Below, in pieces: positions 52,745 to 63,753 of a stretch of 64,000 nt of DNA. How positions within the stretch are numbered: the first letter of the stretch is position 1; every line of letters begins with the position of its first letter. Both the position numbers and the translations under genes were made by a program. This stretch comes from Candidatus Latescibacterota bacterium (GTDB lineage: Bacteria > Latescibacterota > UBA2968 > GCA-2709665), in contig CAXXXF010000004.1 of assembly GCA_963667175.2 (NCBI GenBank), positions 96,001 to 160,000 on the forward strand, written 5' to 3'. A model generated the notes under the pieces. It had not been told where the DNA came from, searched no databases, and was given only the letters and a program-made list of their open reading frames with translations.

Positions 52745-55521
52745 ATGAAATTTGAGCCACAGATGGAAAGGAAGGCGGTCGTTAGCGCAGCCACCATTGC
52801 GATAGCCGCACTGCTGCTCTCAACGGACATCGTTACGTCTACCGTATATGCGTCCCCTGCGCCTTCGGATAGCGTCCATTTCTGTCTGCCCCTCGACTTT
52901 GAGGAGATACAGGCGCGCGACAGCATCTATGCCGCGAACAAGCATGCGTTAAACCTGAACGTCGGTCCTCCTCGCACGGTGCGGATGATCTAATTCCTGC
53001 CCAACGACCGCCCGTTCCGTGCCAGTGTGGTAGATTCGATGAAAAGGACCATTCGCCGGATTCAGACCTTTTACGGCGAACAGATGCAGGCTCACGGATT
53101 CGGATACAAATCATTTACCGTTGAATCCGATGCTTCCGGGGCACCAATCGTCCATCGTGTGGACGGTCAGCACTCCGATAGTTACTATCTTGACAATACG
53201 TATAGGAAGGTGCTTGACGACGTCGAACAGGTGTTCGACCGTCTTGCGAACATTTATCTCCTTGTGGTTGACAATAGCACAAATGCAATCGGGACCAGCG
53301 ATGGTCTACGTGTCGGTGGAGTAGGAGGCAACCTTCGGAAGATGAGCGGCTCCGCGTTGGTTGCCAGTGGTGTTAGCTTCAGGACCGCGGCCCACGAACT
53401 CGGACATACCTTCGGTTTGTCCCACGATTTCAGGGACAATGCGCACATAATGTCCTAATGGAGGCTCAGGACGGGACATTTTATCCGACTGCAACGCCAG
53501 GTTTTTGGAGGTCCATCCCTACTTGAACAACGAGATTCCGATTGAAGAAAACGAGGGAGAGGTAGGGCCTACTCGCGAACTCCTGTCTTCGCAGGAATAT
53601 CCGGTAGGGACAGGTAGCGCGACCGTCCGGATTAGAGTACGCGATACGGAAGGGCTTCACCAGGTTCTCCTGTTCGCTACAACAATCACCCCCCGTTATG
53701 ATCGTCAAGTGAAGATGTGTCGTGCATTGGAGGGCGCACATGATGCCGTCGTTGAGTTTGCCTATGACGGTGCGATTCCTTCACGTCCCGGCACAAGTCT
53801 TTCGAATCCCGATAGACATGAAATCCATGTCGAGGCCGTCGACTTTGAAGGAAATGTCGGTCATATGAGTTTCAGCATGATGCCAATACCACCAAACCGC
53901 ATCACCACCCTCGTTCACAGCCGTGAGGGATCTTTTCCTGATGTTAAGTCAGTTGCATTTTCTCCAAACGGCGATATCCTTGCCTCGGGTTCGGCGCAAG
54001 GCACGGTCAAATTATGGAACGTGGCAACACGAACGACTATTCGTACCCTGGAATATGACAGCGGGGTCGAATCTGTGGCGTTTTCGCCCGATGGAAACAT
54101 CCTCGCTTCGCACTCTGACGAAGTAACCTTGTGGGAATCTGCTACTGGAAAAAAAATGGCTACACTTTTTCGAACCGATGGCGGTGGGTCCGTTGCCTTC
54201 TCGCCAGATGGCGCAATTCTCGCTGCAGGGTCGCCGGACAACAAGGTAAGGTTGTGGGAGGTTTCGACACGCCGACAGATTGTCACGTTCATGCATGGCC
54301 AGATCGGTCCTTCTCTCCACACGGTGACGTTTTCGCCAGACGGCGAAATACTCGCTTCAGGATCTGGAGATGGGAAGATAAAGCTCTGGAGCCTTGCAAA
54401 TCACCAAGAAATTGCAACTCTTGACGCACATTCAGTTGCAGTCTTATCCGTGGCATTTTCACCCGATGGTGATTTACTCGCATCGGCCGAAATTACACAG
54501 GACCCGACTGACTACTCATGGGATAGTTCCGTCAAATTGTGGGATGTTGGAACGAAACGCGTCGTAGCGACCATTGAAGCAGATACAACAGCATACGGAT
54601 ATACATATTGGTTCAAGTCTGTGGCATTTTCTCCGAGTGGTATGTTTCTCGCCACCGGTTCCGCGGACAACACTGTAAAGCTGTGGGATGTCGATACACG
54701 ACGTAAGGTCGCCTCTCTGGGACACGCGAACCATACGTCTGGCGGCTGTATCGGTGGTGTCCACTCCGTCACCTTTTCACCCGACGGGGCGATTATTGCG
54801 TCCGGGGCCCATGTCGGAAATTTCGGAGGATCTGCAGGAGCTTCTCGACCCTGGAGGGGAGAGGTTCATCTGTGGGACGTGTCTGGGTTTGGTCCGGGCG
54901 TGCAGCAACCCACCTTCTCGCTTTCCCTGGACGGCGACATCGCCACCGGAAATCAGCGCGTTGACACGCTCGATGTTTCTGCCGGAGCGACCGTGCCGAT
55001 TCAGGTTTTCGCGAATGACGTACGGGGAGCAAACGGCATCTCCACGCGCTTTGAATACGCTGAGGCGCAACTCACCTATCAGGGATTCGATACAGGCAGC
55101 ATTCTTCCATCCGCGCAGATTCTAACGCAGAACCACACGAATCCGACTGCTGTCGAGATAAACGTCGTATCGTTCGGTGGGCAAGCCACGGCCGACAGCG
55201 GCCTTGTGGGGACGGCTCGTTTCAGCACAACGGACATGCTAACGGAGACGACGATTCGGCTCGTGAGTGCTGAAGTGGGACGGGGGGACGCGCGTGAGAG
55301 CGTCATGCCTTCTGATATCGGCGTCACCCTCAGGCTGGCTCAATTGACGCCGAATTTCAACGGAGACGGGAGGGTCGGTTTTTGGCGACTTTGTGGCGCT
55401 TGGGATGCACTTCGGCGCAAGCCGGGGCGACGCGAGGTACGACGCGAAGTACGATCTGGATCAAGATGGCATCATTGGGTTTGGCGACTTCCTGATTTTC
55501 GGTCAGGAGTTTGGTACGTAA
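52745..55521 (+). pseudogene. Metzincin peptidase + WD40 repeats + cohesin-like + dockerin/EF-hand protein, disrupted
   Basis: HELGHTFGLSH...IMS(Y) Met-turn; about 7 SVAFSPDG...VKLWD repeats; PNFNGDGRV/DLDQDG tail. Breaks: TAA at 52991, +1 at about 53457, +1 at about 55380. Confidence 0.82.
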
Positions 55522-55535
55522 GGCTGAAGTCTAGA

Positions 55536-57424
55536 CCTAAAATAAGCGAGTATTGATATTTGTTGTACAGAGCGTCAGAGTTGTGTGACGTTTTGTTTGA
55601 ATGCGGTGTATGTGTTGCGTATTGAGGTATGCGTGCGGTCGTTTTGGCGTTAGCGGAGCGTCTGTTGGTGTGTTAGAGGTGGCCGTCAGGGGTGTGTTGT
55701 CGGTGTCGGGTTGTGTTGTAGGCGTAATTGTCCGCTACGTCGTGGTGGCCGTTGTGTATGGGTTTGTATGTGATCAGGATTGCTGCGGTTGCGGTCATGT
55801 GAAGCCTGTGCGTTGGATGGTGCTCCAAGCGCCCAGGAGTCTATTGAGTGACGGCCGATAGCCGATGATGCGTATGGTGGTGCTTCGTGCGTGTTTCACG
55901 ACGCGACAGGGAAACAGGATGATGTGGTTGAGGAAGGTGCGAAAGTCCATCCGGATATATTCTCGGCGGTGTTTTATTCGATGCATCATCAGGGCGAACC
56001 ACGACTTGATGTTCCATGCCAGTGCGGCGATGACCATGTAGGCCCAGTTGCTGACCAGGTCATACAGGGGCACGCGCAGGGCATTGACGCCGTTTTTGAG
56101 TTGTTCGATGACGTTTTCCTGGTCGCATCGCTGGTTGGCAGTCGCGACGACCTGTGCGGCGGTGAGGTCACTGCGTGTGGTGATGTAGAAGAAATATCGG
56201 ACATCGTCGAAGAGGGTGTGCTCCCCTTTGGTCTTACTGATGTTCTTGCGTAGGGCCACGATGCGGTAGGATCGTTCGCACTTGCCGGGCTGATAGTCAA
56301 AGGAAGCCACGTCTTCATAGTTGAGCGAAAGCTTGAGGTAGCCCCGTTGCCTGACGATACGCTGCTTTTCATTGTCGCGCCGCTTTCTTTTCTGTGTCGC
56401 TTCAGGCCGGTGCAGGCGCTGCCAGTCGGCTTCTTCAAGGGCCTCGGCACGTGTTCGTAAGGCGTTATTGCAGTCCATCCCAAAGATAAAATCGACGTCC
56501 TCGGCCCAGCCATCGAAGTGCGCCGTCAGCGAAAAGTCCGTGTCGCCGCGCAGGCACACGCGCCCCACATGGGGCTTCACCAGGTCAATGGCCGCATCGA
56601 TCCAGGGGGCGGCCCCCTGGTGAGACGGCGCGTTGCCGGGACGGTTGACCACGTACAGCACCTCTTTGGTGTTGGCCAACGACACGATCAGGGGGGCATA
56701 CCCCCACACGCCCTTGTAGGAGATGTCCATACCGCCCTTCTTCTCTCCATACGTCGGGGCACTCGTGCCATCCACGTCGATGTAGGCCACCCCTGACAAC
56801 AAGTCGGCAGCGCGTTTGCACCACAGCTTGGGGCGTACCGCGTTGATGCAGTCCATCAGCGCGATCACGTCCGCTTCACTAAAGCGACGCATGAAGTCGC
56901 CCGCAGTGGTCGGGTCCGGGATGATCTCCGCCTCCAGGGCATTCATATACGCCTCGTCGTGCCGCAAACGCTCGATGTCCTCCAGACACGTGCCACCGCA
57001 CATCACGTTGTAGGTAAGGCTCAACACGTGATCCGACTCATGATACGGCAGATGCACCTTCAACAACGCCAGCCTCTCGTCAATCTTTTTGACCAATCCC
57101 AACTTCGTCACCAGACGATGCGCGGCTGTAATGCCGCCATAGTTCATCGCTTCTGCCGAGGCGCCCACCTCGTAACGCGCGTTACCGCTGCCAAACAACG
57201 GCCTGGCTTGCGCACAAAATCCACGCGCACGCCGATGCCGGGCACGTACACGACGCCTGCATTTTTCACTGTTCCTGCGACTGTTTTTTGTCGATATTCT
57301 TTTCACCGGAAAGGCCCCTTTTGTTGGAGTAGCAATTTCCCGACAGATACTGCTAACTCCCTATAAGGTAAGTCTTTCCGGTACTTTTGTACATAAAAAT
57401 CCGCAAAAACCCGCTTATTTAAGG
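55536..57424 (-). mobile_element. IS1380 family insertion sequence
   Basis: Terminal inverted repeats cctaaaataagcg / cgcttatttaagg, flanked on both sides by TCTAGA (55530-55535, 57425-57430). Confidence 0.88.
55795..57306 (-). CDS. IS1380 family DDE transposase
   Basis: PDPTTAGDF, IDVDGT, GYAPL, RPGN, LRGDTDF, RCDQENVIEQLK, NWAYM. Confidence 0.92.
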   Translation of the reverse strand: MKRISTKNSRRNSEKCRRRVRARHRRARGFCAQARPLFGSGNARYEVGASAEAMNYGGITAAHRLVTKLGLVKKIDERLALLKVHLPYHESDHVLSLTYNVMCGGTCLEDIERLRHDEAYMNALEAEIIPDPTTAGDFMRRFSEADVIALMDCINAVRPKLWCKRAADLLSGVAYIDVDGTSAPTYGEKKGGMDISYKGVWGYAPLIVSLANTKEVLYVVNRPGNAPSHQGAAPWIDAAIDLVKPHVGRVCLRGDTDFSLTAHFDGWAEDVDFIFGMDCNNALRTRAEALEEADWQRLHRPEATQKRKRRDNEKQRIVRQRGYLKLSLNYEDVASFDYQPGKCERSYRIVALRKNISKTKGEHTLFDDVRYFFYITTRSDLTAAQVVATANQRCDQENVIEQLKNGVNALRVPLYDLVSNWAYMVIAALAWNIKSWFALMMHRIKHRREYIRMDFRTFLNHIILFPCRVVKHARSTTIRIIGYRPSLNRLLGAWSTIQRTGFT

Positions 57425-57487
57425 TCTAGATCCTCATGGTGACTTGAAGTGAACATTGAAGCTCGGTGAATTATAGACTTGAGTCCG

Positions 57488-58873
57488 ATGCAAGTTTCAC
57501 GCATGAATCCATACCGCTTCGAAGTTCTGGTAATGTGGTCGCGAGCGGTTCCACAGTTCGCTCCGACAGCGGAATGCTCGGTTTGGGCGACGGATGACGA
57601 ACGACTCCTCGGTGTGGTAATCATCGATCTCACGGACCGGGACTACAATTTCGTCATATTGGCTCGGAATAAGCGCGGGCGCTTTCGTTGCGTGGACGTT
57701 GGTGAGACGTATTCCACACGGCGGTTGGCGGAGAACGCTCTAATCCAACGCATGCCGGAAGTGCATGCCAGCAAAGACATCGCTCTTGAACAGGGAGACG
57801 AAATCAGGAAACCCTTGGATTTCTTTACACCACAACTGCCAAACGATCGACTTCATCCCAACTTTCTGGCTCTCTTTGACGGCCCGGCGTATTCAGCCGC
57901 ACGCGAGGTCATATCGGAAATGGCAAATGTCTTTGAGGAGCCGGACGGCAATTTCGTTAAGGATTTTCAAGCCACGGGCTTTAACAGCCGCCTCTGGGAA
58001 CTCTACTTGTTCGCGGCGCTCGTCGAGGAAGGATTCAAGCTCGACAGAAGCCAGGCGCAGCCGGATTTCATCGCTACGACCGGCGATGAACGAAAAGTCG
58101 CGATCGAAGCGACTACTGTCAATCCCACCATCGGTGATGAAGGAAAACCCTTGGATCCACCACGACCAACCAGCTCTGAAGACTTGAAGAAGCTCCGACG
58201 AGATTACATGCCTATCAAGTTTGGCGGTCCTCTGTTTGGGAAACTGAGGAAAAAGGACTGGGAGCGCAGCCATGTTCATGGGTTGCCATACGTCATTGCA
58301 ATAGCTGACTTCCATGGTCCACAGACCCTGACTTGGTCCGGACCGGCACTGTCCACTTATTTGTTCGGGTTGGAAGTCCAGTTCGACCGTGCTTCCGACG
58401 GAAGCTCACCGTGGCACTATCAGCCAATTGAAAAGCATATGTGGAACGACAAGCAAATCCCGTCGTGTTTCTTTAACCAGCCGGATGCTGAGAACGTATC
58501 CGCCGTACTGTTCACGAACGCCGGAACTCTGGCGAAGTTCAACAGGATGGGTGCCCTCGCCGACTTTGGCGATCCAAATGTCCGAATGATCCGGCAGGGA
58601 ACAATGCTAAATCCGGAGACTGAGTCCACTACGCCTATTGAATTCACAATCGACATCGACGACCCTGAATACGGCGAAGGATGGGCGGACGAACTGCAGG
58701 TTTTTCACAACCCGAACGCTGTTTATGCGTTAGATCGAGATTTATTTCCAAAGGCGACACATCATCTTCTTGAGGATGGCCAGATAAAGTCATACTCTCG
58801 GCCATATAAAGTGCTCCAATCCGTTACGCGAACCGATGTGTTGACGACACGCTGTGAGAGATTCGGCGGGTAA
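57488..58873 (+). CDS. Hypothetical protein with restriction-endonuclease-like motif
   Basis: NFVKDFQATGFNSRLWELYL...QPDFI...VAIEATT (PD-(D/E)xK-like). Confidence 0.6.
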   Translation: MQVSRMNPYRFEVLVMWSRAVPQFAPTAECSVWATDDERLLGVVIIDLTDRDYNFVILARNKRGRFRCVDVGETYSTRRLAENALIQRMPEVHASKDIALEQGDEIRKPLDFFTPQLPNDRLHPNFLALFDGPAYSAAREVISEMANVFEEPDGNFVKDFQATGFNSRLWELYLFAALVEEGFKLDRSQAQPDFIATTGDERKVAIEATTVNPTIGDEGKPLDPPRPTSSEDLKKLRRDYMPIKFGGPLFGKLRKKDWERSHVHGLPYVIAIADFHGPQTLTWSGPALSTYLFGLEVQFDRASDGSSPWHYQPIEKHMWNDKQIPSCFFNQPDAENVSAVLFTNAGTLAKFNRMGALADFGDPNVRMIRQGTMLNPETESTTPIEFTIDIDDPEYGEGWADELQVFHNPNAVYALDRDLFPKATHHLLEDGQIKSYSRPYKVLQSVTRTDVLTTRCERFGG

Positions 58874-58989
58874 GTGCATCTTTCGATTGCCTCTGTTGAG
58901 TGATAGAACCGAATATTACGTGCTGTCTCACTTTGTAAACATCGACGAGGGCCTTTATTTCCAATCAAGCGAAACAGGAGGAAACAGAA

Positions 58990-59559
58990 ATGCCTGGCAA
59001 AATACACCGCTTCTTGAATCTCCATAGCGCAGTGTTCCTACTTGTCGGCGCGTCGTCGGGTGCTACCACTAGCCACATTACAGGAACCATAGATTCAAAC
59101 GCGGCCTTAGGTCTTCTGGGCGTAATCTTCGGAAGTATTCTTACGGCATTTATAAGTTGGCTTATCGCTAAAAAGAATCGAAAACTGCAGTGGGCGCTCG
59201 CCGCGCTGGACAAACGTCTGGAAGTCCAGCAGGCGGCTTACAGTGAGTGGAAGAAGATCATGGGCGCCGTTTGTGGTGGAGACGAAATATTAAAAACAGT
59301 CCTCGAAGCCGAAAAATGGTGGAATAAAAACTGCTTATATCTTGATCCAGTGTCTAGGGAGGCATTTCGTGAGTGTGTTTTTTGTGTGTTCAAGTATCAG
59401 GAGTATCTAGAAAAAACTCACTATACGGATGTCAGGAAAAAGAAGAGGGAAATTTGGAACACAATAATGAGGCCGGGGCGGACCCTTCCAGAAGGCGTGA
59501 CATTGCGTCATTTCGAGAAAAAGGAACTCAGTCCCGAACACGCAAAGGAACGAGAGTGA
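58990..59559 (+). CDS. Hypothetical membrane protein
   Basis: RBS aggagg; two hydrophobic segments followed by a helical domain. Confidence 0.6.
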   Translation: MPGKIHRFLNLHSAVFLLVGASSGATTSHITGTIDSNAALGLLGVIFGSILTAFISWLIAKKNRKLQWALAALDKRLEVQQAAYSEWKKIMGAVCGGDEILKTVLEAEKWWNKNCLYLDPVSREAFRECVFCVFKYQEYLEKTHYTDVRKKKREIWNTIMRPGRTLPEGVTLRHFEKKELSPEHAKERE

Positions 59560-59638
59560 TTCAGGCCCGTAGCGAACGACAAGCCGACCAAACCGAAGTA
59601 TACACGCTCTCAATGACGCCCTTCCAGGCAACTCAGCT

Positions 59639-59780
59639 ATGGTAAAACTGCGCAGGTACCAACGTGACCTGTCGAGACAGGTCCAAGATACCTTGGATGA
59701 AAACGGCAAAGCGCGGGTGATGATGCAGTTGCACACCTGCGGACGAAGGTCGGTATGGCTGACACATCGCAGAACACATA
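59639..59780 (+). pseudogene. SF2 DEAD/DEAH helicase N-terminal remnant
   Basis: MVKLRRYQRDL...ARVMMQLHTCG (Q motif, degraded Walker A) joined to VWLTHR (motif Ia-like). Confidence 0.5.
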
Positions 59781-59839
59781 CCCATCAAACCTGAAACATT
59801 TTCACGGATGCCCACGTTCCGACGATAAAGGCAGGCTGA

Positions 59840-59907
59840 AACCCCCCACCGGCGCGCCTGCGGGCTGGCGCCCTTGGCTTGCCGACTCCCTCTCAAGGGG
59901 GGAGTGA
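59840..59907 (-). repeat. REP-like element (CACTCCCCCCTTGAG family), reverse orientation
   Basis: accccccacc...gactccctctcaaggggggagtga. Confidence 0.75.
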
Positions 59908-59917
59908 CGGCGAAGTA

Positions 59918-61139
59918 GTACCTATTGACTTCTAATCCTGGGCGTGCTTATAGTTTGATGTCTCCCCTTAAGAGGAAGGAGCCATCGGCATGCCAAAGAA
60001 ATACGTTGTGCGTCTGAGTCCCGAAGAACGTGAGTGTCTGGAGGATCTGGTAAACAAAGGCAAGACGCAAGCCTACCGAATCCGGCACGCCCACATCCTC
60101 CTGAAGGCGGATGCGGAGGGTCCGGCGTGGCTGGATCGTCAGATCACGGAGGCCTTTTCGTGCAATCGGTCTACGGTTGAGAACATCCGTAAGCGTTATG
60201 TGTTGAGGGGCCTGGAGTCGGCCCTTGACCGAAAGAAGCGCGCGCATCCACCCACCGAGAGAAAGCTGGATGGGGCCAAGGAAGCCCGCTTGATCGCGTT
60301 GGCTTGCAGTGAACCCCCAAAGGGGCGTAAGCGGTGGACGCTGAAGCTGTTGGCCGATGAGCTTGTGGCCCTCGAGGTCGTAGACAGCATCTCCTACCGA
60401 ACGGTGCAGAGGACGCTAAAAAAAACAAGCTTAAGCCTCACCTGAGAAAGTGCTGGGTGATCCCGCCCGAGCGGAACGCCGCGTTTGTCGCCGCGATGGA
60501 GGATATCTTAGACGTCTATCAACGGCCGTATGACGCCTCGAGGCCCGTGGTCAATATGGACGAACACCTGGTACAATTGGTCAAGGAGACGCGGTTTGGG
60601 GTCGCAACACGTCCTGACAGCCCCCAACGCTTTGACTACGAGTATGAACGGAACGGAACCGCCGTGAACTTCATGTTCACCGAAGCCCTTTCGGGCTGGC
60701 GCAAGGTGAGCGTAAGACAACGCAAGACCGCACGGGACTGGGCACACGAGATCAAGGCGCTTCTGGATATACACTACCGGGAAGCCGAAACCGTCGTGTT
60801 GGTGTGTGATAACCTCAACACGCACAAGCCTGCGGCACTCTACAAGGCCTTCCCACCCGAAGAAGCGCGACGGCTGGCCAGGCGTCTCGAAATCCACTAC
60901 ACACCCAAGCACGGGAGCTGGCTCAACATTGCAGAGATCGAACTGAGCGTCTTGAGCAGCCAATGCTTGAAGGAACGCATCCCCGATATCGAATCCCTCA
61001 AAGAACAGACTTCCGCCTGGATGAACGATCGCAACAACAAATGCCAGACCGTCGATTGGCGGTTCACGACCGACGATGCTCGCATCAAACTGAAAAGGCT
61101 GTACCCAGACTACGCCGAAATTTAGGCGTCAATGGGTAG
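59918..61139 (+). mobile_element. IS630 family insertion sequence
   Basis: Inverted ends gtacctattgac / gtcaatgggtag, flanked by TA (59916-59917, 61140-61141). Confidence 0.85.
59990..61125 (+). CDS. IS630 transposase (two ORFs joined by a -1 frameshift at the A-run near 60418-60425)
   Basis: HTH ORF ending LKKT, then KKNKLKPHLRKCWVIPP; MDE, CDNLNTH, TPKHGSWLNIAEIE. Confidence 0.9.
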
Positions 61140-61390
61140 TAGCGCAAACTGTTAGTTTGCGCATTGCAAGCGACTACATATCCACGTCACTCCCCTGGGA
61201 GCGCGGGCGTCCCGCCCGCACAGATGGCCTTCGGCTGCGGCGGGAGCATGAAACGAGTCGAGATCCATCAGGTACGTGACACTTAGCCGATGATCTGCTT
61301 TTCGAGCGGACCAACGGAAAGACAATACATAATTCAGGTAATAAAAGGAGATCTCAGCATCCCCGAATCACATATGGGAGGTTGTTTCTG

Positions 61391-62116
61391 ATGAAGAACC
61401 CGCGCGATGAACTTCGATGCTATTTCAACAGGCTGATTTCTCGCTATCAAAACATCATAAGCCTGGACCAGCAACTGAAAAGCATCGCGGCATGGGACTC
61501 GAACTCACAGTCGCTTGACAACATTGAAGCCTTCAACCTTGGTCACTATTTCTTCCAGCATGCCACGTACAGTATATGGCGGATTTTTCTCGTCGAGTTG
61601 TCAATGTTTCTCTCTAATAATGAGGACAGGTCGCTCGTTGACTGGCTGAAAAAGGCCAGGAAACACGCTGGGTCTATAATGCAGACAGGAGACTATTCAA
61701 CGCATTCCGTTAATGAGCCAATGAAAACCGACCAATATCGCGACATAATTGACTGTCAGATCGCTCAACTGCACGAGAACGAGAATGTCATAAACCGGAT
61801 TAAGGCGCACAGAGACAAAGCGATAGCTCATTTGGACAGGAAGTACTTCGACAATACGAATTCGATTGAACGCGATTATCCATTAAATGACCATGAAATT
61901 GACGATCTCATGGAGACTGTGGACGGCATCTTGCGAAAGCACTACAGATGTCTTTTGGGTGCAAGTGTAAACCTGGAAGTCCAGAGCTTTCAGAATCTCG
62001 ATACGGTATTGACATACGCACGGGCATGGATGCGGGTACGTTGCGATTTCAGCCTCATTGAAAAGGGCTTCCGACCTGTCGCCTATGTGCGGGACGACTA
62101 CAAACCGACAAATTGA
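61391..62116 (+). CDS. HEPN domain protein, AbiU2-like, copy 2
   Basis: RIKAHRDKAIAHLD; paralog of 50135-50863 with homologous flanks. Confidence 0.7.
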   Translation: MKNPRDELRCYFNRLISRYQNIISLDQQLKSIAAWDSNSQSLDNIEAFNLGHYFFQHATYSIWRIFLVELSMFLSNNEDRSLVDWLKKARKHAGSIMQTGDYSTHSVNEPMKTDQYRDIIDCQIAQLHENENVINRIKAHRDKAIAHLDRKYFDNTNSIERDYPLNDHEIDDLMETVDGILRKHYRCLLGASVNLEVQSFQNLDTVLTYARAWMRVRCDFSLIEKGFRPVAYVRDDYKPTN

Positions 62117-62248
62117 CAATGACATGCGCGACATGAAGGGAGGCAACTTGATGAACAGGATGGAGCGGTTCGCGAACCGCCCGTGCGCCGCTGTAGGGGC
62201 GACCGTTCCCCTGGGAGCGCGGGCGTCCCGCCCGCACCGGCTTACCTG

Positions 62249-62533
62249 CCGGAAACGACCCTTCGCCTGGTAAGCGCGGAGGTGGGACGGGGGGACACGC
62301 GTGAGAGTATCACACCGTCAGATATCGGCGTCACCCTCAGGCTGGCTCAACTCACGCCGGACTTTAACGGAGACGGCAGGGTGGATTTCGGAGACTTTGT
62401 GGCGCTTGGAATGCACTTCGGCGCAAGCCGGGGCGACGCGAGGTACGACGCGAAGTACGATCTCGATCAGGATGGCACGATCGGATTCGGAGATTTCCTG
62501 ATTTTCGGCCAGGAATTCGGTAGCGGAGCATAA
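62249..62533 (+). pseudogene. Orphan dockerin/EF-hand C-terminal fragment
   Basis: ETTLRLVSAEVGRGD...PDFNGDGRVDFGDF...DLDQDGTIGFGDFLIFGQEFG; paralog of 55245-55521; no start, preceded by a REP. Confidence 0.78.
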
Positions 62534-62811
62534 CGGAGCAAGCGTTCGGCCCCAAATGATGTGAGAATCGAGACGTCTACAGAGGTGTCTATCAATCAGT
62601 AGAAAGGAGCGACGATCCGTGGATCGCCCTCCTTTTATCAGTTGAAACCGGCTTTCGATTACGGACCCGCGGAGTAAATCAGCGATGTCTGCGCCATATT
62701 GTGGGCGACTCTCAGAGTCGCCGCTACGAATTCTAAATCGGCGCTGCGAGGGCAAGATGCCCTCGCTCCCAGGGGTCACAATACTGAAGGTTTGAGATAT
62801 CGGGTGCCGAA

Positions 62812-63052
62812 TCAAGATGAGTCCTGTTCCTGATCCAACACCTGAACAAATGCCTTGACGCCGGATACCTGGACCGCCGCGCGGTGCAACGCCTTGACTT
62901 GACGGATAAGGTATTGGGCAAAGGACGATTCGCGTATGAGATCCATAATGCCCTCCTTCAAGATGATGGCAGAGATGGTTTCCGGGCGCGTATACCAATC
63001 CGCTGAGTAACGACATGCCAGCCAGGTAATCGGCTCTTGCCGGCGAAACCAT
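62812..63052 (-). pseudogene. Remnant of an Rpn-like (recombination-promoting nuclease) C-terminus
   Basis: ADYLAGMSLLSGLVY, frameshift, ETISAIILKEGIMDLIRESSFAQYL joined to KALHRAAVQV. Confidence 0.4.
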
Positions 63053-63080
63053 GGGGCGCTCGTACGCCGCGTGATGTATT

Positions 63081-63108
63081 GTAGGGGCGACCGGCCGGTC
63101 GCCCCTAC
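63081..63108. repeat. GTAG-REP palindrome GTAGGGGCGACCGGCCGGTCGCCCCTAC
   Basis: Perfect inverted repeat; relatives at 50936-50963, 30174-30198 and 42852-42876. Confidence 0.8.
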
Positions 63109-63753
63109 ATCTGTCAAGGCATCAGCGCATTGACGTCGCGACGCCGAATCGTGAAACGGGTATTGCTATTGCTCTCCTCATCATACAAGCGCCATTCGCT
63201 CTACAAAGGCATTTCCTTACTGGAGGGCGCCCGGAGCAGAGCGCGCTGATCCGTCCAGCGACACGGTTCGATGTTCCTCCGCGCGTGTCAGGCCAGAGGG
63301 TTATGAGCATCCTGTAAGGGTGTTCGCGCTATGCCTGTGGCAGGCCCCACGCCCAGTGGCGACTTTTGGTTCCTTTTGGTCGCTTCAAAAGGAACACGCC
63401 GTAGGCAGGGAAATTGGGGAAAGGGGATTTTGAATTAGATTCTTGGTTTTGCTTAAAGCTGATTGCCGACGGCTGACCGCCGTTAGCTGCTTTTTGTTGA
63501 CTGCTGTCTGTCGTTTGGAATTCGCGGTGCAACGCCTTGAGACGTTGCGTGTCGTCAACCGCCGAAATGCGAGGATATCGACGGGCGGGCAGTACCTGCC
63601 TTCCAAGCGGGACTTGGCGCAGGCAGGGTTCCTGGCACAACGGCATCTGTATCTTATTACGGGGAGCACTGTATTGTTTACATCCTCCCATTCTTATTTG
63701 GTGGGCCTGGATGTCGACTATTTGCAATTCATGAAAATAAACGGAAGCTGACA

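Noticed and set aside
55245-62533. Diversity-generating retroelement (RT plus duplicated gene C-terminus as TR/VR)
   Set aside because: Differences between the two tails are mostly synonymous and not adenine-specific, and the RT sits in a canonical group II intron with YADD and domain V.
49800-62800. Integron cassette array
   Set aside because: No intI gene, and no convincing RYYYAAC...GTTRRRY attC sites; the boundaries are REP-type palindromes.
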